From Anthoceros angustus (taxonomy: Eukaryota > Plantae > Anthocerotophyta), in the NCBI GenBank assembly GCA_010909165.1, contig MU008159.1, positions 1 to 64,000 on the forward strand: a DNA stretch of 64,000 bases. The letters are read 5' to 3'. The notes below the pieces were generated by a model. That model made no database searches and was not told the DNA's origin. It saw only the letters and a list, made by a program, of their open reading frames with translations. Positions 59,733-64,000 of this stretch are shown here, piece after piece (position 1 is the first letter of the stretch; each line of letters starts with the position of its first letter). A program made the position numbers and the translations under genes.

Positions 59733-60913
59733 CGCATGGTATATTTTCCTCGTCCAAGGGACAGTGTCGGCCGGCCCGGGCCTATGCAAGCCTTTTTGAC
59801 AAATCAAATTTCTCAGAGTGTTATATGCTCACTGCTAAAACTCTGTTGTATCCAGCAAAGGGAACTGGTGACCTAGTTGTCTGCTCACCTTTTTATCTGT
59901 CGAATGGGGATGCCATGTACAGTACAACAGGGAAGGTTAGATGAGTCTGTGTAGAGATGCAATGGAAATTGTTGGTCAGCTGGCAGTGCTGGTGCAGTTG
60001 ATGTGTCCTCCACTTTTCTTCCAGTTGAACACGATGGCCCTTGTGCGCAAAGGTTGAAGGTTGCTGATAGAGTCTGTCATGGCGCAGTCATCGTCGTTCA
60101 TGTAGCCTACATGATCGTTGAGATGTGGACAACTTTAAATTTGAAAAGTTTGTGCTTTGCTGGGCCAACGCAGCTCAAATACGCACATGGAAGTAATCGA
60201 GTGCTTATTACGCTTGCGTCATGAGGAAAACGGTACCCTGTCTTTGGAAGTTCAATTTGGACCTATTGACGCACAAGCTCGCTCCAGTTAGATCGACGAG
60301 GTGTGTCAACCCCAGGCGATAATTTCGGAAAATAGGTTTTCTGGATCTGGTGGGTACATCCATGGATGGAAATTTCTGCAAAAATCGGTGAGCCCTCTCG
60401 TGGTTCTTTTCGGCGCAGAAGAGCAGGCCGCCCTTTCTAAGCTTGGTTTGTGCTCCACGCCCAACTAGAGGGTATTGTAAGCATATCGGCAGATGTGCAC
60501 ACGGAGCGTGCATGTTTGGACCCATAACCGCGGACAATTGCCCAACAGAGTCAAAGAATTTTTTCCTCCAGTGCCCGAGCACTACCTACAGCCCGAAGCC
60601 ATGACCTTGTCGTTTTAAGAAACCTGTTCCCTGCATACCTACTGGTGATTCGAACCGGGGCATCAGGCCCTGATGTTCAACTCATTCAGTGAGCCATGTA
60701 TATGTAATTATTGACATAAAAGCTATTATACAGCATCTAGATAAGGTGATGATAGGAACGAAATCTCTAGTTATCGGTACTGCTATTAGAATCAACTTAA
60801 AAGCTCCGATGAAGCGAAACAGGAAATAGGTACCTAACGAGAAAGCAAAATTAGCTGGCAAAATTAGCTAAGAGGTTACAACATACAATGTGCAGGGGCG
60901 GAACTCCTCGCTT

Positions 60914-61854
60914 TTACTTTGCATCTTCTTTTGGCTCCTTCTTTTCTTCCTTGCTCTCCTTCTTTTCTTCCTTGTCCTCCTTCTTTTCCTCCTTGTCCTC
61001 CTTCGTTTCTGCCTTATCCTCCTTCTTTTCTTCCTTGTCCTCCGGAGGCTTGGGCCAGAACTCGGTGGTTTTTTTGGACGCCTTCTGTACAATCTTGAGA
61101 ACATCTTCAGGCTTGAGATTTTCTCCATTCACAGTGACCTTCATGAGCTTCCTGTCCACCTTGTAGGAGGTGAAGGCTGGAAGGCGCCAGCAGAAATGAC
61201 ACACAAGAGTGAGCTCAAGGTGCGGGAGGGCGGGCAACGCAGGCCGAGCGGCCAGACGAAGCGAGGACTTGAAACTGACCAGAATGTCCGAACAGGGCCT
61301 TCTTCACGCTCTTTTTGCAGCCTTTACAACACATGAGGCACCGGAGCTCCACGGTCTTGCAGGCAGCTGGACGGATTAGCGCACACGGAATTCATAGCAT
61401 CCAAACGTCACGAGTGTTGAAAATGAGCGGCAAAGGCCGTAAGGTAAGGTCGATACCACAATCTTGGGCTTGGCTTCCTCCTTGGCGACCTCCTCCTCCT
61501 TCTTTTTGTCCCCTTCTTCCTTTTTCGGGTCCTCAGCGGCGGCGACGGCTGGAGCTGGATCCGGAGCTGGAGCCGGCTGTGCCGGCGGGGAAGGGAGCGG
61601 GTCTACCCAGCAGGCGGCATGGACGTTGTCAAATGTCCCGTTGAAGAACTGAAAGGCCGGAGCAGCGGATTAGCGAATTCGGAATCGGACATGGATTCGA
61701 CGCTTGCCTTGCCAAGTCCTGGCAGCATCGGTGACATGACGATGAGCAATAATGAAGCCGACAGACACCATGGCGTGGAGTGCCCGAGACATGTTGTGGT
61801 AAACTGGAGGCGCACCTGGTAAACCGCCCACGCGTTGGCTGCAGTGACGCTCAT
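60914..61854 (-). CDS. HMA-domain protein, paralog 2, no CaaX
   Basis: Exons 61854-61816, 61648-61457, 61355-61280, 61176-60914: MSVTAANAWAVYQ|FFNG..KPKIV|TVELRCLMCCKGCKKSVKKAL..|FTSYKVDRKLMKVTVNGENLKPEDVLKIVQKASKKTTEFWP plus K/E tail. Confidence 0.88.
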
Positions 61855-62450
61855 GGTTGTGACTCTGGGAGAAGAAGAAGCAAGGCGGGTAGGGATGCTG
61901 AGAATTGCGCGGGGTTGCTGATCACACACGCAGGCTGCTGGCGCAGGAGCTTGTTGCTGTGCTACAGCTGCTGCTACAGCACACCACAGTCGGCTTGTTT
62001 AGCTGCAGAGCACTGCCACCAGCGGCAGGGACCGCCGGAGCCGGCCCAGTGAGAGGAGAGAGGTGTTATTAGATATTATTACCTACTTCACTTGCACTTC
62101 ACATGCGTCCCACCACCCGATTAATTAATGCCGGATGCACAGCACACGGCACGGCGGAAGAACACGACATTCATTCACTGGCCACATCACAGCACTCAAG
62201 ATCCTTTTCCGTTCATATAATAGCCGCGGGGAAGGAGCGCACATAGGAAGTGAACTGGCATGCTCGCGGTCGCTCTGTGTCTACAAAATTGTGGTGGCCT
62301 TGCGCTTACCACCTGTCTATCCTACATTCTTTACAGCCTCAACTGCATTCTCAACTAACAGCCCTTTTACTGTTGCTGCCCTCCGACCCTTTCTTCCTGC
62401 TCCTGCATCTATTGGCGCTGAAAACGAGTTACGCGAAGAGCATCACCATA

Positions 62451-63554
62451 TCACTCCCCTGAGCCTGATGGTCGAGTAACTGGCAGCTTCCGCTCGGACT
62501 GGAGCTGCCTCCTCTCAGGCCACAGCTCGGTCTGCTTCTTGGAGGCCTTCCTCACTACGCTGAGCACATCTTCAGGCCTGAGGGATTCTCCAGTGACGGT
62601 CACCTTGTGTGTCTCGGTGTTCACCTTGAACGACCTTATGCCTGCGGAGATGACATGAACACATCGAAGGGTCATGGTCATGGCCAGGGTCAGGGCTGAG
62701 GGTCAGGGTCAGGGTCAGTGCCAGGCAAAAAGCAGCAATGAACAACTACTCCTTATTAAGTCTGCAGTAATATGCCTCACCAGCCATGTTGCTCAGCGCT
62801 TTCTTCACACTTTTTTTGCAGCCTTCGCAGCACATGAGGCATTTGATCTCCACCGTCTACGCATGACACCACAGCAGAGAATGTGCAGAACGTGAGAAGC
62901 CGCCAACCTTTCCAGAGGCACAGACGATGTCGCACGAAGTGGAGCAGAGCGGGGGATACTCACTGTGACCTTGGGCTGCCTCACAGGCGGCTGCTGCTGC
63001 TCTTCCCTCTGCGGAGTCGGCTGAGGCTCGGACCAGTAGGCAGCAGACACGGATTCGTAGGGTGAATTGAAGAACTGCCATTCACGGGAGCAAGTCCGTT
63101 AGCATGCTGTCAATGACAGAAGAGAGGGGGCGGGCAGGGCGGAGCGGAGCGGGGCCGGGCAGGGCAGGGCAGGCAGCAGGTAGTGCAGCTGCAGCTTGGA
63201 GCATGGTCCCCGAGCTAAAGCTAAGGCGAAAGCTCCAGCCTCCAGGGGGAGGAGATGCCATTGCTTGCTACCACGGTGACCTACCTCATCATCATCCTCA
63301 AGCAGCTGCACCCCTCTCAAGCTTTTGGGAGTAAGAAAGCGCAAGAAAGGAAACCTTGAACGTGTCCTCCGCTGGAGCAGTCAGAACGAGAGATTCAAGG
63401 GCTCCCCATGCCCCAAGCTTGCACAAGACACCAGCAATACAAGGCAAAGGCAACAGCAAAAGCAGTGCAGTGCAGTTCCATAGCGAACACGGGCTTCGAG
63501 GTAGGGGCGGACCTGGTGTACAGTCCAGTCGTTGTTGCTCGTGGTGGCCGCCAT
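62451..63554 (-). CDS. HMA-domain protein, paralog 3, no CaaX
   Basis: Exons 63554-63513, 63074-62964, 62856-62781, 62641-62451: MAATTSNNDWTVHQ|FFNS..PKVT|TVEIKCLMCCEGCKKSVKKALSNMAG|IRSFKVNTETHKVTVTGESLRPEDVLSVVRKASKKQTELWP. Optional in-frame exon 63371-63285. Confidence 0.85.
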
Positions 63555-64000
63555 GGCGAATGCCCCTCAGGTCTCTCCTGCCAGCTGATCGATCACTGGG
63601 CCGGTGGAGGAAGCAAGCGAGGAAGCGAAGTTTGCAGCAAGGCCAGGGCAGCGGATGCAGAGTGGAGAATGCTGGCAGCTCTGGGCCTTTTTATTGTGGA
63701 GAGAGCCCGTTGCCTGACATTGCCTGCCAGGCCGTGCCGTGCCGTTTGAATTCAGGCCCGGGCGCTTCACTCACACAAGCGCCTAGAAGGCCGAGGCGGG
63801 GCGGGGCCCCTTCTCTCTCAAACGGTCGGTTACTGTGACAAACAGTCTCGGAATATTACAAAAGAAACGCAAAAGCCTCCTGGTCGGAGGTCCTGGTCTG
63901 GCCGCCGCCGGCGCTAATATGTACTCTACATACACGTATGCGTGTGCAGCAGGTACATATGTATCCTGGAAGCTGGCCCGAGGGCCGAACCTCCGAGATT

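Noticed and set aside
60003-60582. ORFs between rps11 and the HMA gene
   Set aside because: No recognisable domain, no consistent splice path, and non-ATG starts; left unannotated.
34879-63554. Calling the HMA genes HIPPs
   Set aside because: None ends in a CaaX prenylation motif (ends are RQEA, EDAK, GSGE).

Overview
Plant nuclear DNA; the short 60-160 nt GT-AG introns, GC-rich exons, very compact gene spacing and nuclear rps11 suggest a Selaginella-like lycophyte (inference only). The window has two halves. About 1-33.8 kb is a nest of transposons: a Ty3/Gypsy LTR-PBS-gag-protease element with an inverted partner, a second Gypsy-type extra-ORF family as an inverted pair, a Ty1/Copia RT-RNaseH remnant, a Gypsy integrase ending in a PHD finger, two divergent intron-containing unknown genes, and the right end of a CACTA element with a 99-bp array. 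This half has several tandem duplications whose copies differ mostly by small indels, so part of its decay may be sequencing or assembly noise. About 33.8-64 kb is clean and gene-dense: three paralogous HMA-domain genes, an At1g18060-like plastid protein, ATR kinase, an At3g26950-like putative fucosyltransferase, an AT-rich orphan ORF, a near-complete Copia element with an extra ORF upstream of gag, and a nuclear-encoded organellar-type ribosomal protein S11. Best leads: the integrase-PHD fusion (28.2-29.0 kb), the 49-nt stop-to-ATG spacing in front of ATR, the Cys-rich ORF in the Copia leader, and the shared N-terminal W-x3-[QE]|FF motif of the HMA genes. Family assignments come from motif recognition and memory, not database searches.
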